64,000 bases of DNA from an uncultured Gammaproteobacteria bacterium (lineage in GTDB: Bacteria > Pseudomonadota > Gammaproteobacteria > Arenicellales > CAJQKF01): the NCBI GenBank assembly GCA_964350265.1, contig CAYGJZ010000008.1, positions 1,097-65,096 on the forward strand. Reading direction: 5' to 3'. Positions 1 through 9,517 of this stretch are shown here, one piece after another (position 1 is the stretch's first letter; each line of letters starts with the position of its first letter). Under the pieces are notes generated by a model that saw nothing but the letters and a program-made list of their open reading frames with translations, did no database searches and was not told where the DNA came from. Position numbers and translations under genes: made by a program.

Positions 1-256
1 TCGAGGTAGGACGCGTTGCCCCCGGAAAGGAAGGACAATGCTGCTGGCGGGAGGGAGTCGGTTTGCTCTTTCGTCATTGCACCAGTGCCATGTTGGATCG
101 GAGCGGTTGGTGTTCGTGCGACGGGTCGGCGGTTGGCGGTTGCGCCACGGTGGGCCGATTATAGTCGAGAACCCCGGTACCGGTTAAGGGTTGATCGTCT
201 TAAATTCTTGAATTCGTTGTGTTGCACCGTCTTCGCGCAGCCGCCCGGGCGGTACG

Positions 257-715
257 CTAGCGGGTTCCGGTGTGGCCGAAGCCGCCGTCGCCGCGCGACG
301 AGGCGTGGAACTCGTCCACCACCTCGAAGCGGGCCTGCACCACCGGCACCAGTACCATCTGCGCGATGCGTTCCCCGGGCTCGATCTCGTAGCTTTCGCG
401 GCCGCGGTTCCACAGCGACACGAACACCTGGCCCTGGTAGTCGGAGTCCACCAGCCCGACCAGGTTGCCGAGCACGATGCCGTGCTTGTGACCGAGGCCG
501 GAGCGTGGCAGCAGCACGGCGGCCAGCGTCGGATCGCCGATGTGGATGGCCATGCCGGTGGGGATCAGCGCGGTGTCGCCGGCGCGCAGCAGCATCGGCT
601 TGTCGATGCAGGCGCGCAGGTCGACCCCGGCCGAGCCCTCGGTGGCATAGCCGGGTAGGCCGAATTCGTCATGCAGGCGCGGGTCGAGAATCTTCAGCTG
701 GATGTTGCTTGGCAT
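257..715 (-). CDS. dut: dUTP diphosphatase
   Basis: The 152-aa product [36 protein letters not shown]...[14 protein letters not shown] matches E. coli Dut along its whole length (from memory). I chose the ATG at 715-713 inside the longer track ORF 257..904. Confidence 0.93.
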   Translation of the reverse strand: MPSNIQLKILDPRLHDEFGLPGYATEGSAGVDLRACIDKPMLLRAGDTALIPTGMAIHIGDPTLAAVLLPRSGLGHKHGIVLGNLVGLVDSDYQGQVFVSLWNRGRESYEIEPGERIAQMVLVPVVQARFEVVDEFHASSRGDGGFGHTGTR

Positions 716-1895
716 ATCGTTGCAGGATGAGTTGGCACAGTTCGCGCGCGAGGTCCCGCTTGTCGGCCGGGCCGAGCGTGACCGCTTGCTGGCGATCGAT
801 GACGAGGAGGGTGTTGGTGTCGCTGTTGAAGCCGCCGTCCTCGCCGCCCACCCGGTTGGCGGCGACCAGGTCGAGGTTCTTGGCCTCGAGCTTGCCGCGG
901 GCATAGTGCTCGAGGTCGCGGGTCTCGGCGGCGAAGCCGACGCAGAACGGGCGCGGGTCCCGCGCAGCCACGCTGGCGAGGATGTCCGGGTTGCGCACCA
1001 GCGTGAGGGTTACGGTGTCGTCGTTCTTCTTGATCTTGTCGGCCTGGATCGAGGCCGGGCGGTAGTCGGCCACCGCGGCCACGGCGACGAACAGGTGCAC
1101 GCCGTCGACGTGGGCCTGCACGGCATCGTGCATTTCCTGCGCCGAGCGCACGTCGAGCTGGCGGCTGACGCGGGCACGGGGCAGGTGGCACGGGCCGCTG
1201 ACCAGGGTGACCTCGGCGCCGGCGGCCTCGAGGGCCTCGGCCACCGCGTAGCCCATCTTGCCCGAGGAGTGGTTGGTGATGCCGCGCACCGGGTCGATGG
1301 CCTCGAAGGTCGGTCCCGCGGTGACCAGGGCGCGCAGGGCGCTGGCCGCGCCGTGTCCGCTGGCGTCGAGGGCGGCGACGATGTCCTGCGGCTCGCTCAT
1401 GCGGCCGGCACCGGTCTCGCCGCAGGCCTGGGCGCCGCTGGCCGGGCCGATCACCTGCGCGCCGTCGGCCACCAGCTGCTCGATGTTGCGGCGGGTGGCC
1501 GGGTGCTGCCACATCACCCGGTTCATCGCCGGGGCCAGCGACAGCGGCGCCTCGCTGGCCAGGCACAGGGTGGTCAGCAGGTCGTCGGCGAAGCCGCCCG
1601 CGAGCCGGGCAATGCAGTTGGCGGTGGCCGGGGCGATCACGATGCGGTCGGCCCAGCGGGCCAGGTCGATGTGGTCCATGCCCGATTCCGCCTCGCTGTC
1701 GAGCAGGGTGTGGCGCACCGGCAGGCCGCTCACCGCCTGCAGGGTCAGCGGGGAGATGAAGGCGGTGGCCGAGGTGGTCATCACCACGCGCACGCTGGCC
1801 CCGGCATCGCGGAGCCGGCGAACCAGTTCGGCGGACTTGTACGCGGCAATGCCTCCGCTGACGCCAAGGATGATGTTGTTGCCGCGCAAGGACAT
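669..1895 (-). CDS. coaBC: Bifunctional phosphopantothenoylcysteine decarboxylase / phosphopantothenate-cysteine ligase
   Basis: [28 protein letters not shown] is the flavoprotein N-domain. [10 protein letters not shown] and [10 protein letters not shown] mark the CoaB C-domain. I chose the ATG at 1895-1893 inside track ORF 669..2252. The coaBC-dut order is the conserved arrangement. Confidence 0.92.
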   Translation of the reverse strand: MSLRGNNIILGVSGGIAAYKSAELVRRLRDAGASVRVVMTTSATAFISPLTLQAVSGLPVRHTLLDSEAESGMDHIDLARWADRIVIAPATANCIARLAGGFADDLLTTLCLASEAPLSLAPAMNRVMWQHPATRRNIEQLVADGAQVIGPASGAQACGETGAGRMSEPQDIVAALDASGHGAASALRALVTAGPTFEAIDPVRGITNHSSGKMGYAVAEALEAAGAEVTLVSGPCHLPRARVSRQLDVRSAQEMHDAVQAHVDGVHLFVAVAAVADYRPASIQADKIKKNDDTVTLTLVRNPDILASVAARDPRPFCVGFAAETRDLEHYARGKLEAKNLDLVAANRVGGEDGGFNSDTNTLLVIDRQQAVTLGPADKRDLARELCQLILQRYAKQHPAEDSRPAPA

Positions 1896-2019
1896 GGCTG
1901 AAGTGTAGCGCCACAAAGACGATAATATAACCGTCAATTCGCCACTTTCACGGTCGCGGCCGGCGTCCGTCGCGGTGGTCGACGAAGGAACTCGAAATCT
2001 GATCACAGGGAGGTCGCCG

Positions 2020-2694
2020 ATGACCATACGAGACTGGCCCAGCGCCGAACGTCCACGCGAGAAATTCATCCAGCGCGGCCCCGCCAGCCTGTCCGATGCC
2101 GAGCTGCTGGCGTTGTTCATCCGTACCGGCAGCCGTGGCCGTACCGCGGTGGACATTGCCCGCGAGCTGCTCAGCCGCTTCGGCAGCCTGCGCGCCCTGC
2201 TGGCGGCGCCGCTCGCCGAGCTGTGCGCGGTGCCGGGGCTGGGACTGAGCAAGTGCGTGCAGCTGCATGCCGCCCGCGAGCTCGGCGCCCGTCACCTCGG
2301 CGAGCAGTTGCGTCGCGGCGTCGCCCTGTCCTCGCCCCGGGATGCCGCCGACTTCCTCACCGTGCAGCTGCGCGACCTGCCGGTGGAGGTGTTCGGCTGC
2401 GTGTTCCTGGACAACCGTCACCAGGTGCTCGGCTACGAGAACCTGTTCGAGGGCACCGTGAACGCCGCCTCGGTGCACGTGCGCGAGGTGGTGCGGCGGG
2501 TCATCCACCACAATGCCAGCGCCATCATCGTCGCCCACAACCACCCCTCCGGGGTGGCCGAGCCGAGCGAGGCCGACGTCTCGGTGACCCGCCGCCTGCG
2601 CGACGCCCTGGGCCTGCTCGAGGTGCGGCTGCTCGACCACCTGGTGATCGGCAACGGCCAGTGCGTCTCCCTCGGCGAACGCGGCCTGCTCTGA
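2020..2694 (+). CDS. radC: RadC-like JAB/MPN domain protein (UPF0758)
   Basis: [16 protein letters not shown]...[14 protein letters not shown] plus the JAMM motif [16 protein letters not shown]. The ATG at 2020 is preceded by GGGAGG. The upstream part of track ORF 1975..2694 was ignored. Confidence 0.88.
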   Translation: MTIRDWPSAERPREKFIQRGPASLSDAELLALFIRTGSRGRTAVDIARELLSRFGSLRALLAAPLAELCAVPGLGLSKCVQLHAARELGARHLGEQLRRGVALSSPRDAADFLTVQLRDLPVEVFGCVFLDNRHQVLGYENLFEGTVNAASVHVREVVRRVIHHNASAIIVAHNHPSGVAEPSEADVSVTRRLRDALGLLEVRLLDHLVIGNGQCVSLGERGLL

Positions 2695-2731
2695 CCGCCC
2701 GGGGCGGATCCGACGCCGTGGCCGGTTTGAC

Positions 2732-2760
2732 TGGTCAATGCCGCGCGAATCTGGTATAAA
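2732..2760 (+). promoter_or_regulatory. Candidate sigma70 promoter for rpmB-rpmG (TGGTCA-N17-TATAAA with an extended TG)
   Basis: TGGTCA lies at 2732-2737 and TATAAA at 2755-2760, with 17-nt spacing. A TGg precedes the -10 box. The site is about 47 nt upstream of the rpmB ATG. This is a pattern match only. Confidence 0.35.
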
Positions 2761-2806
2761 ACGCGACCCTTCGAATTCCATGCCCGTTTGTCAGGAGATT
2801 TCAGCC

Positions 2807-3043
2807 ATGGCCCGTGTGTGTCAGGTGACCGGGAAGAAGACCATTACCGGCAACAACGTTTCCCACGCGCACAACAAGACGCGTCGCCAGTTCAAGCCCA
2901 ACCTGCATTATCGCCGGTTCTGGGTGGCCAGCGAGAACCGCTGGGTGCGCCTGCGCGTGTCCAACAACGGCCTGCGCACCATCGACAAGCGCGGCATCGA
3001 CGTGGTGCTCAGCGAACTGCGCGCCCAGGGCGTGCGCGTCTAG
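2807..3043 (+). CDS. rpmB: 50S ribosomal protein L28
   Basis: The 78-aa product [39 protein letters not shown]... is a typical L28. The ATG at 2807 lies inside track ORF 2738..3043. Confidence 0.95.
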   Translation: MARVCQVTGKKTITGNNVSHAHNKTRRQFKPNLHYRRFWVASENRWVRLRVSNNGLRTIDKRGIDVVLSELRAQGVRV

Positions 3044-3071
3044 CGCCCAGATCGAACCAGGAGAATTCGCC

Positions 3072-3227
3072 ATGCGAGACAAGATCCGGATGATTTCCAG
3101 CGCCGGCACCGGCCACTTCTACACCACCACGAAGAACAAGCGCACCATGACCGAAAAGCTCGAAATGAAGAAGTTCGACCCGGTCGCGCGCAAGCACGTC
3201 ATCTACAAGGAAGGCAAGATCAAGTAG
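3072..3227 (+). CDS. rpmG: 50S ribosomal protein L33
   Basis: This ORF is not in the track because it is shorter than 60 aa. I read it directly: [51 protein letters not shown], ending at TAG 3225-3227. It sits immediately after rpmB, as in most bacteria. Confidence 0.93.
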   Translation: MRDKIRMISSAGTGHFYTTTKNKRTMTEKLEMKKFDPVARKHVIYKEGKIK

Positions 3228-3252
3228 TTGCCGACCCGTAGGGGATTCGAAG

Positions 3253-3280
3253 AAAAGGCGGCCACTGGCCGCCTTTTTTC
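3253..3280. terminator. Rho-independent terminator between convergent rpmG and the desaturase gene
   Basis: The sequence aaaaGGCGGCCactGGCCGCCtttttt forms a 7-bp GC stem with a 3-nt loop. It has a T-run on the + strand and an A-run upstream, so it could work in both directions. Confidence 0.8.
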
Positions 3281-3322
3281 GTGGGCCGGCCGCCGCGGCA
3301 GGGCCGCGGCGGGGACGATGGC

Positions 3323-4525
3323 TCAGGCCGCCGCCAGGCGGTAGCCGCGCAGCCGGGCGGAGAACTCGCGCAGCACCGAGATGCCGGAATTCTCGGCCTG
3401 GATGCACCATTCCTCGAGCTTGTGCATGAGCTGCTCGGGAGAGGCATGGGCGCCGTTCCAGGTGTCCTGCAGCGCCGCCTTCATCGACAGCACGAAGGTC
3501 AGCCGCGGGCTGATCGAGCCGAGGCTGTCGTCCGCCGCGTGGTCGTGGCCGGCGACGTCACGGGCCCGGGCACGGGCCCGCGCCGGCCGGTTCAGTCGCG
3601 CCACCGCGCGCTTGACGATGCCGCGCTCGGGGCTGCCGCGCAGGGCTTTCAGCTCCTCCCGGTAGACACGCTTGACCACCAGGTGGAAGAAGTCCGCCAT
3701 CACCTGGAAGCGGTTGGCCACCACCGCGTTCACCGTGTCCAGGTCGCAGCGGGATTTCACCGGGTCGCGATCCAGCCGCGGCACGGTACGCTGGATGCGG
3801 GCCAGCTTCAGCGCGCTCAGCAGTTTCAGGTAGACCCAGCCGATGTCGAACTCGAAGCGACGGGTGGCGAAACGCGCCGAGGAGGCATAGGCGTGGTGAT
3901 TGTTGTGCAGCTCCTCGCCGCCGACGATGATGCCCCAGGGCACGATGTTGCGGCTGGCGTCGCGGGTCTCGTAGTTGCGGTAGCCGAACCAGTGCCCGAC
4001 GCCGTTGATCACGCCGGCGGCCCAGAAGGGAATCCATGCCATCTGCACTGCGAACACCGCCGCGCCGGCGAGCGGGCCGAAGGCGACCACGTCGATGACC
4101 AGCATCAGCGCGATGCCGCTGCCGGGCAGGCGGGCATAGACGTTGCGTTCCAGCCAGTCGTCCGGGGCGCCGTGGCCGAACTGGCGAATGGTGGCGGTGT
4201 CGCGCACCGCGCGGCGGTACAGCGACACGCCCTGCCACAGGACCTTGTTGATGCCGTAGACCTGCGGGCTGTGCGGGTCGCCGGCGGATTCCACCCGCGC
4301 ATGGTGCTTGCGGTGCACGGCGATCCACTCGCGGGTGATCATGCCGGTGGTCAGCCACAGCCAGAAGCGGAACACGTGGGCCACCGCCGGATGCAGGTCG
4401 ACGGCGCGGTGGGCCTGGTGACGGTGCAGGTACAGGGTGACCGCGATGATGGTGAAATGGGTCATTGCCAGGGTCACCAGCACCAGCGCCCACCAGGGCA
4501 GGTCGAACAGGGGAGTCAAGCTCAT
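3323..4525 (-). CDS. Membrane fatty-acid (acyl-CoA/acyl-lipid delta-9 type) desaturase
   Basis: The 400-aa product has N-terminal TM helices and the three histidine boxes HRHQAH, HRKHH and HNNHH. Its length and layout resemble Pseudomonas DesA-type desaturases. Confidence 0.85.
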   Translation of the reverse strand: MSLTPLFDLPWWALVLVTLAMTHFTIIAVTLYLHRHQAHRAVDLHPAVAHVFRFWLWLTTGMITREWIAVHRKHHARVESAGDPHSPQVYGINKVLWQGVSLYRRAVRDTATIRQFGHGAPDDWLERNVYARLPGSGIALMLVIDVVAFGPLAGAAVFAVQMAWIPFWAAGVINGVGHWFGYRNYETRDASRNIVPWGIIVGGEELHNNHHAYASSARFATRRFEFDIGWVYLKLLSALKLARIQRTVPRLDRDPVKSRCDLDTVNAVVANRFQVMADFFHLVVKRVYREELKALRGSPERGIVKRAVARLNRPARARARARDVAGHDHAADDSLGSISPRLTFVLSMKAALQDTWNGAHASPEQLMHKLEEWCIQAENSGISVLREFSARLRGYRLAAA

Positions 4526-4947
4526 GGTAAGTCCAGTTCCAGTCGCAGCGTGCGCCCGGATACTCCGTGCACCGAGTCGCGCGCGTCAATGATCACCGAC
4601 GAAACGCCGTCGGGAATGTCGATCCCGGACAGGCTCCGGGTAAAGGGTTGTTCGTGCACGTGGGGATGCGCCAGGGTGCGCGTGCCCAGTACCCGGCCGT
4701 CGTCGGTCAGCACCCGCCAGCGGTCGGCATAGTGCTCCCAGCCGGTATCGGCATGGGCGAGGGTGACGTCGAAACGGCAGGTGCGCCGCTCGCAGTGAGC
4801 GCTGGCATCGACGATCTCGACGTCGTCGCCCACGGCAGCACCGGTGAACAGGAGGGGAAGAAGGAGAGGAAAGAGGGCGTGCGTGCGCGACGCGGGTCGC
4901 GCCGGGTCAGCGGGCTCGGTAGGTGATTCTGCCTTTGCTGAGATCAT
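4522..4947 (-). CDS. Small secreted hypothetical protein, translationally coupled to the desaturase
   Basis: A signal-peptide-like stretch ([17 protein letters not shown]) is followed by a His-rich domain of about 100 aa ([28 protein letters not shown]). Its stop overlaps the desaturase ATG (ATGA at 4522-4525). The start is uncertain because the ATG at 4947 overlaps the infA 3' end by 41 nt. Confidence 0.5.
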   Translation of the reverse strand: MISAKAESPTEPADPARPASRTHALFPLLLPLLFTGAAVGDDVEIVDASAHCERRTCRFDVTLAHADTGWEHYADRWRVLTDDGRVLGTRTLAHPHVHEQPFTRSLSGIDIPDGVSSVIIDARDSVHGVSGRTLRLELDLP

Positions 4948-5125
4948 AGGGCGTCAATTGTACCGTGACGCGGTCGCCGCGAAGAATGCGGATGTAGTTC
5001 TTGCGCATCTTCCCGGAGATGTGTGCCGTCACCACGTGCCCGTTGTCGAGCTCGACGCGGAACTGCGTGTTGGGAAGGTTCTCCAGCACGGTACCTTCCA
5101 TCTCGATATGATCTTCTTTCGCCAC
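4907..5125 (-). CDS. infA: Translation initiation factor IF-1
   Basis: (V->M)[71 protein letters not shown] is 72 aa and near-identical to E. coli IF-1. The start is a GTG at 5125-5123, inside the spurious long track ORF 4907..5941. Confidence 0.93.
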   Translation of the reverse strand: MAKEDHIEMEGTVLENLPNTQFRVELDNGHVVTAHISGKMRKNYIRILRGDRVTVQLTPYDLSKGRITYRAR

Positions 5126-5181
5126 AGGCTGCCCGGGGTCGTTGAAAAGCCCGGCAGTATAGTCGTTTTGCCCCGCGGATT

Positions 5182-5922
5182 CTAGGCATCCCGGGTGTCT
5201 CCGGCGACACCGTCGCCGGCCAGGTGGCGGGCCACGCGATCCAGGGCGCTGTCGTCCAGGCCCACCGCGCGCAGCTCGCGCAGGGTGTTGATCACGTAGT
5301 CCTGGTTGGGGCCCTTCTGCCCGTGGCAGCGGGAGATGCGCTCGGCCAGCTGCCGCTCGCACATCGGCGGCATGTACTGCGGGTGGTCGCGACGCACGCG
5401 GAAGGTGAGGGCGCGTACCCGGCGGGCATCGCCGAGGCAGGCGTTGACGAACACCGGCTTGTAGACGTTGCTGACCATCTCGCGGTCCTCGAGGTAGGCC
5501 ACCACCCCGGTCTTGTCCTCGTTGCGCACGCGGTAGGCATAGCCGGTACAGCTGCCGCCGCGATCCAGTCCCAGCACCAGCCCGGGGGCCTCCGGGGTGC
5601 CGCGGTAGCGCAGCGAACTGACGCACAGCCGCCGGTGCAGGCCGTAGACGGTGGCGACGTGGCGGCCGTCGTGGACGAAGCCGGGATTCCACATCAGCGA
5701 GCCGTAGCCGAAAATCCACAGCGGCTGGTCGTCGTCGGGAATCGGGATCAGGACGGAGGGCTTCACGCGGTCGATATCCACCAGGAGTACCCGCGCAGCC
5801 GCCGGCGGCGACCACGGGAGCGATGAACGGATTTTGGTAATATCCTCGCCCGGCGTCAATGGCACGAGCGCCGAGCACGCCCCGCCCGGGGCGGAAGACC
5901 AATAGGAACGGGGACATTCCAC
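5182..5922 (-). CDS. ChaC-like gamma-glutamylcyclotransferase
   Basis: [15 protein letters not shown] and [19 protein letters not shown] are ChaC family hallmarks. The start is uncertain. The ATG at 5922 would leave only 21 nt to the divergent gene. In-frame GTGs near 5781 and 5766 are alternatives. Confidence 0.75.
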   Translation of the reverse strand: MECPRSYWSSAPGGACSALVPLTPGEDITKIRSSLPWSPPAAARVLLVDIDRVKPSVLIPIPDDDQPLWIFGYGSLMWNPGFVHDGRHVATVYGLHRRLCVSSLRYRGTPEAPGLVLGLDRGGSCTGYAYRVRNEDKTGVVAYLEDREMVSNVYKPVFVNACLGDARRVRALTFRVRRDHPQYMPPMCERQLAERISRCHGQKGPNQDYVINTLRELRAVGLDDSALDRVARHLAGDGVAGDTRDA

Positions 5923-5943
5923 GATGATGCGAGCGCGGCAACC

Positions 5944-7017
5944 ATGAGCATCGAACTGCCGTTACGCGGTATACGCGTGGTGGATTTCACCACCCTGCTG
6001 CCCGGCCCGCTGGCCACCTTGCTGCTGCGACGGGCCGGCGCCGAGGTGATCAAGATCGAGCCGGCCGGTGGCGAGGCCATGCGCACCCTGCTCGGCGACG
6101 ACGGCGCCGCCTTCGGCCTGCTCAACGGCGGCAAGCGCAGCGTCTGCGCCGACCTGAAGGACCCCCGGCAGCGGGACGCGGTGCGCGCGCTGTGCGGCGG
6201 CGCCGACGTGGTGCTGGAGCAGTTCCGTCCCGGCGTCATGGATCGCCTGGGACTGGGCTACGAGACCCTGCGCGACGGCCACGAAGACCTCGTCTACTGC
6301 GCCATCACCGGCTATGGCCAGCAGGGGCCGAACCGCGCCCTTGCCGGTCACGACATCAACTACCTGGCCGACGCCGGCCTGTTCAGCCTGTTCCGCGACG
6401 ACCACGGCAGCCCGCGACCACCGCCGGTGCAACTGGCCGACGTGGTCGGCGGTGCCTACCCGGCGTTTTCCAACATCCTGCTGGCGCTGCTGCAACGACT
6501 GCGGTCCGGCCGGGGCGCCTACCTCGACATCGCCATGACCCGCGCCCTGGCGGCGCTGTCGGTTTCCGCGGTGGCCGCCGCCGGCCAGTACGACCGACAG
6601 GCCGATCCGCTGTCGGGACAGGCCGCCAACTACCGCTGCTACCGCTGCGCCGACGGCGCCTGGTTGGCGGTGGGCGCCCTGGAACCGCGCTTCTTCTCCG
6701 CCCTGTGCCAGGCCCTGGCCCTGCCCGAATCCGTCGCCGCGGCCGATCCGGCGGATGCCGCGGTGGTCGATGTCCTGGCCAGGCGCTTCGCCGAGCAGCC
6801 GGCCTCGGCCTGGCTGCGGCGCCTGGCCGGGGTCGACGCCTGCTGCAATGCCGTGCGCAGCCTGCCCGAGGCGCTGGCGACGCTGGCCGACGACGGCCTG
6901 CGGGGGCTGCCGTTGCCGCTGGCACCGTGCTTCGACCGCGGCGACGAGGTGGTGCCGAGGCCCGGAGAGGCCAACGACGAGTTCCTGCAACTGGAAACGG
7001 AGCCGGTGGAGCCATGA
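5944..7017 (+). CDS. CoA-transferase family III (CaiB/BaiF-like)
   Basis: [40 protein letters not shown]...ITGYGQQGP...GHDINYLA is the typical family III layout. Confidence 0.85.
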   Translation: MSIELPLRGIRVVDFTTLLPGPLATLLLRRAGAEVIKIEPAGGEAMRTLLGDDGAAFGLLNGGKRSVCADLKDPRQRDAVRALCGGADVVLEQFRPGVMDRLGLGYETLRDGHEDLVYCAITGYGQQGPNRALAGHDINYLADAGLFSLFRDDHGSPRPPPVQLADVVGGAYPAFSNILLALLQRLRSGRGAYLDIAMTRALAALSVSAVAAAGQYDRQADPLSGQAANYRCYRCADGAWLAVGALEPRFFSALCQALALPESVAAADPADAAVVDVLARRFAEQPASAWLRRLAGVDACCNAVRSLPEALATLADDGLRGLPLPLAPCFDRGDEVVPRPGEANDEFLQLETEPVEP

Positions 7018-7778
7018 TCGACGCCACCGAGCGCTTCGGCGGCCGGGTCGCCGACTACCAGCGCTACCGGCCTGGCTACCCGCCGGCCCTGGTGGACTGG
7101 CTGATCGATGCCGGGGCGCTGGCCGCCGGCGGCCACGTGGTCGATCTCGGCTGCGGCACCGGGTTGCTGTCGGCGGTGTTCCTCGACGCCGGCCTGCGCG
7201 TCACCGGCGTGGAGCCCAATGCCCCGATGCGCGAGGCGGGGCAGGCCTGGCTCGGCGCCCACCCGGCCTTCGACGCGGTGGCCGGCACCGCCGAGGCCAC
7301 CGGGCTGCCCGATCGCTGCTGCGACCTGGTGGTCGCCGGCCAGGCCTTTCACTGGTTCGATCCGGACGCCTGCCGCGCCGAGTGCCTGCGCATCGCGCAT
7401 GCCCCCGCCCACGCGGCGATGATCTGGAACGAGCGCAGGCTCGGCACGCCGTTCATGGACGACTACGAGGCCCTGCTCCTGGCCCACTGTCCGGAGTACC
7501 GCGCCATCATGGCCAGCCACGTCGACCAGGGAGCGCTGTCGCGCTTCTTCCAGGGGGATTTTCGGCGTCACTCGTTGCCCAATCACCAGCGGCTCGACTT
7601 CGCCGCCCTGCGCGGCCGGCTGATGTCGTCCTCCTATGCGCCGATGGCGGGTGCCCCCGGCCACGACGCCCTGGTGCAGGCACTCGCCGACCTGTTTTCC
7701 CGCCACGCGTTGGACGGATGCGTGCAGATCGATTACCGTACGGTCATTATTGTTGCCCCGTTGGTCCGGGCGAACTGA
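7014..7778 (+). CDS. Class I SAM-dependent methyltransferase
   Basis: Motif I VVDLGCGTGLLS is followed by LVVAGQAFHWFD. The ATG at 7014 overlaps the upstream stop (ATGA). The CDS lies inside track ORF 6192..7778. Confidence 0.8.
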   Translation: MIDATERFGGRVADYQRYRPGYPPALVDWLIDAGALAAGGHVVDLGCGTGLLSAVFLDAGLRVTGVEPNAPMREAGQAWLGAHPAFDAVAGTAEATGLPDRCCDLVVAGQAFHWFDPDACRAECLRIAHAPAHAAMIWNERRLGTPFMDDYEALLLAHCPEYRAIMASHVDQGALSRFFQGDFRRHSLPNHQRLDFAALRGRLMSSSYAPMAGAPGHDALVQALADLFSRHALDGCVQIDYRTVIIVAPLVRAN

Positions 7779-7787
7779 ACGCCAGCT

Positions 7788-7812
7788 GAACCGATTCCTG
7801 GCCGGTCACGAC
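7788..7812 (+). promoter_or_regulatory. Candidate ECF-type promoter (GAACCGAT-N13-CGAC) upstream of the four-gene envelope operon
   Basis: GAACC lies at 7788-7792, followed by 16 nt and then CGAC at 7809-7812. The site is about 70 nt upstream of the ATG at 7881. It has the same architecture and spacing as the motif upstream of the ECF sigma gene at 16934-16958. Confidence 0.3.
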
Positions 7813-7880
7813 ACAACCACGTCGGCACGCTGGAGGTGTGCCCACCCAAACGTGAACAACGAGACCAACGGAGGCATGCC

Positions 7881-9515
7881 ATGCTCAATGCTTCGACACC
7901 CGCCGCCGACCACCCGGGCCGGCGACTCCTTCCCCTCGCGGCCATGTTGTCGGCGGCGCTGCTCGCCCTGCCGGCGGCGGCCCAGACCGGCACCGTGAAC
8001 GTGGTGAAGCCGCTCAACCCGGCGCCCGTGAACAGCAAGGTGCGCAAGATCAACGTCGATCCCGACGCCGCCGCGGCGCTGCAGCCGGCCGCGCCGAAGG
8101 TGCGCACGCTGAAGGTCAAGGAGCCGGCGCCGGAGAAGGTGCGCAGGATCCCCACCGCGCCGGCCGTGCAGAAGCTGCCCGGCGCCGGTGACGCGGGCGG
8201 CGCGACCACCGCGAAGACCCCGGGCAGGGTTCCCGTCAACATCCCGGCGAAGACCGCCGTGGGGCAGCCCGGTGCCGGCGACAAGGCAGCGGTCGCCGCC
8301 GTGCCGAAACGGTTGCCGACGCCGGCCATTTCCACCTTGCCCACGGTGAAGCTGGCGCCGAAGTCCAGCCTCGCCCCGCGCCTGGACACGGCGCCTGCGA
8401 AGCGCCTCGTGGTGACGCCGCCACCGACCGGGAAGATCGCCGGCAGCACCCGCGAAGTGGCTGATACCAAGTCCCGCCTGCAACGGCTCCCGACGCGTAC
8501 CGCGCCGGCGGGCGTGGTCAGCCCCGGTAGCAACAACGGCACGCTGGGCAGCCTGGGCGCGGCGGGCGGTCTCGGCCGCGCGGCGCCGCTCGGCACCGCT
8601 CCCTCCGCCTTCGGCGCCGCACGGCTGAACCGCGCCGCCAACCGGGCCGATGTCCTGGAAGGCGGCAGCGGCATCTACGGGGATATCGCCGGCGAGGGTG
8701 GCCAGGTCACCTCCGACGGCATGACGGACGAGCAGGAGGCAGCGGATCTCGCCTCGGTGTTGGGCCAGGTCCCGCAAGGCGAGGGCACCACGGTGGACGA
8801 CTACCGCGGGTCGCACCAGGAGGGCACCGATGGCGACATGTTTTCCATCGACCGCCGCCAGACCGGGGCCGCCCAGGAAGCGGCCGACGCGCTGCTGCAG
8901 GCCGGGGTCCAGGCCGGCGAGGACGGCGACGGTGGCGGCAACGGCGGCGATGGCGGGGAAAACGTGATGAATTTCACGCTGGAGGAAAGCGAGCAGGATC
9001 GCGAGGCCGCCGGGCTGAACGACAACGAGATGTCCTTCAGCGCGGAGGAGGACGAACAGAACCAGGACGCGGCGGACGAAGAGCAGACCGCCGGCCAGCA
9101 GGAGGGCGACGAGACCATGTCCTTCGGCGAAGAGGAAGTGAGCGACGATACCGATGCCTGGGAAGAAGAGCAGCAGGCCGGGGACGATGACGGCGCCGAG
9201 GGCGACTGCGCGCCGGGCGACAGCGCCTGCACCGGCGACACCGGCATGAGCGTGGCCGGTGGTGAAGACGATCCGCCGCCGTCGGGGGACTGCGGCGAGA
9301 ACGGCCAGAACTGCGTCGGCGACCATGGCCCCGGTGGCGGCAGTTCCACGGTGCGCACCGCCGGCATGGGCGCTGGCGGGCCGCTGGCGGCGGACCCGGT
9401 GGCGGGTCTGAACCCGGCGGTGGACATCGTCGGCGACGGTGGCCTGGATGCCGAGCACCTCGACCGCGCGCGGCTGGATGCCATCCTGCAGGACCGCCTG
9501 GACCCGGGTCGCTGA
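7881..9515 (+). CDS. Secreted, largely disordered protein with a basic Pro/Ala/Lys-rich N-half and a very acidic C-half
   Basis: The ATG at 7881 has a GGAGG 7 nt upstream. The signal peptide is RRLLPLAAMLSAALLALPAAAQ. I recognise no family. Internal motif repeats are described in the findings. Confidence 0.7.
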   Translation: MLNASTPAADHPGRRLLPLAAMLSAALLALPAAAQTGTVNVVKPLNPAPVNSKVRKINVDPDAAAALQPAAPKVRTLKVKEPAPEKVRRIPTAPAVQKLPGAGDAGGATTAKTPGRVPVNIPAKTAVGQPGAGDKAAVAAVPKRLPTPAISTLPTVKLAPKSSLAPRLDTAPAKRLVVTPPPTGKIAGSTREVADTKSRLQRLPTRTAPAGVVSPGSNNGTLGSLGAAGGLGRAAPLGTAPSAFGAARLNRAANRADVLEGGSGIYGDIAGEGGQVTSDGMTDEQEAADLASVLGQVPQGEGTTVDDYRGSHQEGTDGDMFSIDRRQTGAAQEAADALLQAGVQAGEDGDGGGNGGDGGENVMNFTLEESEQDREAAGLNDNEMSFSAEEDEQNQDAADEEQTAGQQEGDETMSFGEEEVSDDTDAWEEEQQAGDDDGAEGDCAPGDSACTGDTGMSVAGGEDDPPPSGDCGENGQNCVGDHGPGGGSSTVRTAGMGAGGPLAADPVAGLNPAVDIVGDGGLDAEHLDRARLDAILQDRLDPGR

Positions 9516-9517
9516 GC

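Noticed and set aside
16-906. A long + strand ORF (296 aa). Many similar long ORFs appear in the track, for example 694..1914(-), 3281..4732(+), 8801..11320(-), 11571..14036(-), 26882..31447(-), 37474..42162(-), 52983..54854(-) and 60104..62455(-).
   Set aside because: Their products are Arg/Pro/Gly/Ala-rich and low in complexity, and they carry no motifs. They lie antisense to, or out of frame with, genes that have strong homology-based support. Stop-free alternative frames of this kind are the usual artefact of very GC-rich DNA.
5123-5125. The GTG start codon of infA and the TTG starts of zapA, the zapB-like gene, the GT4 gene at 44885 and the gene at 53040. I considered them as possibly meaningful regulatory features.
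   Set aside because: Non-ATG starts are common in GC-rich genomes. Apart from infA and zapA, which are supported by alignment, the exact starts are uncertain, so no conclusion can be drawn.
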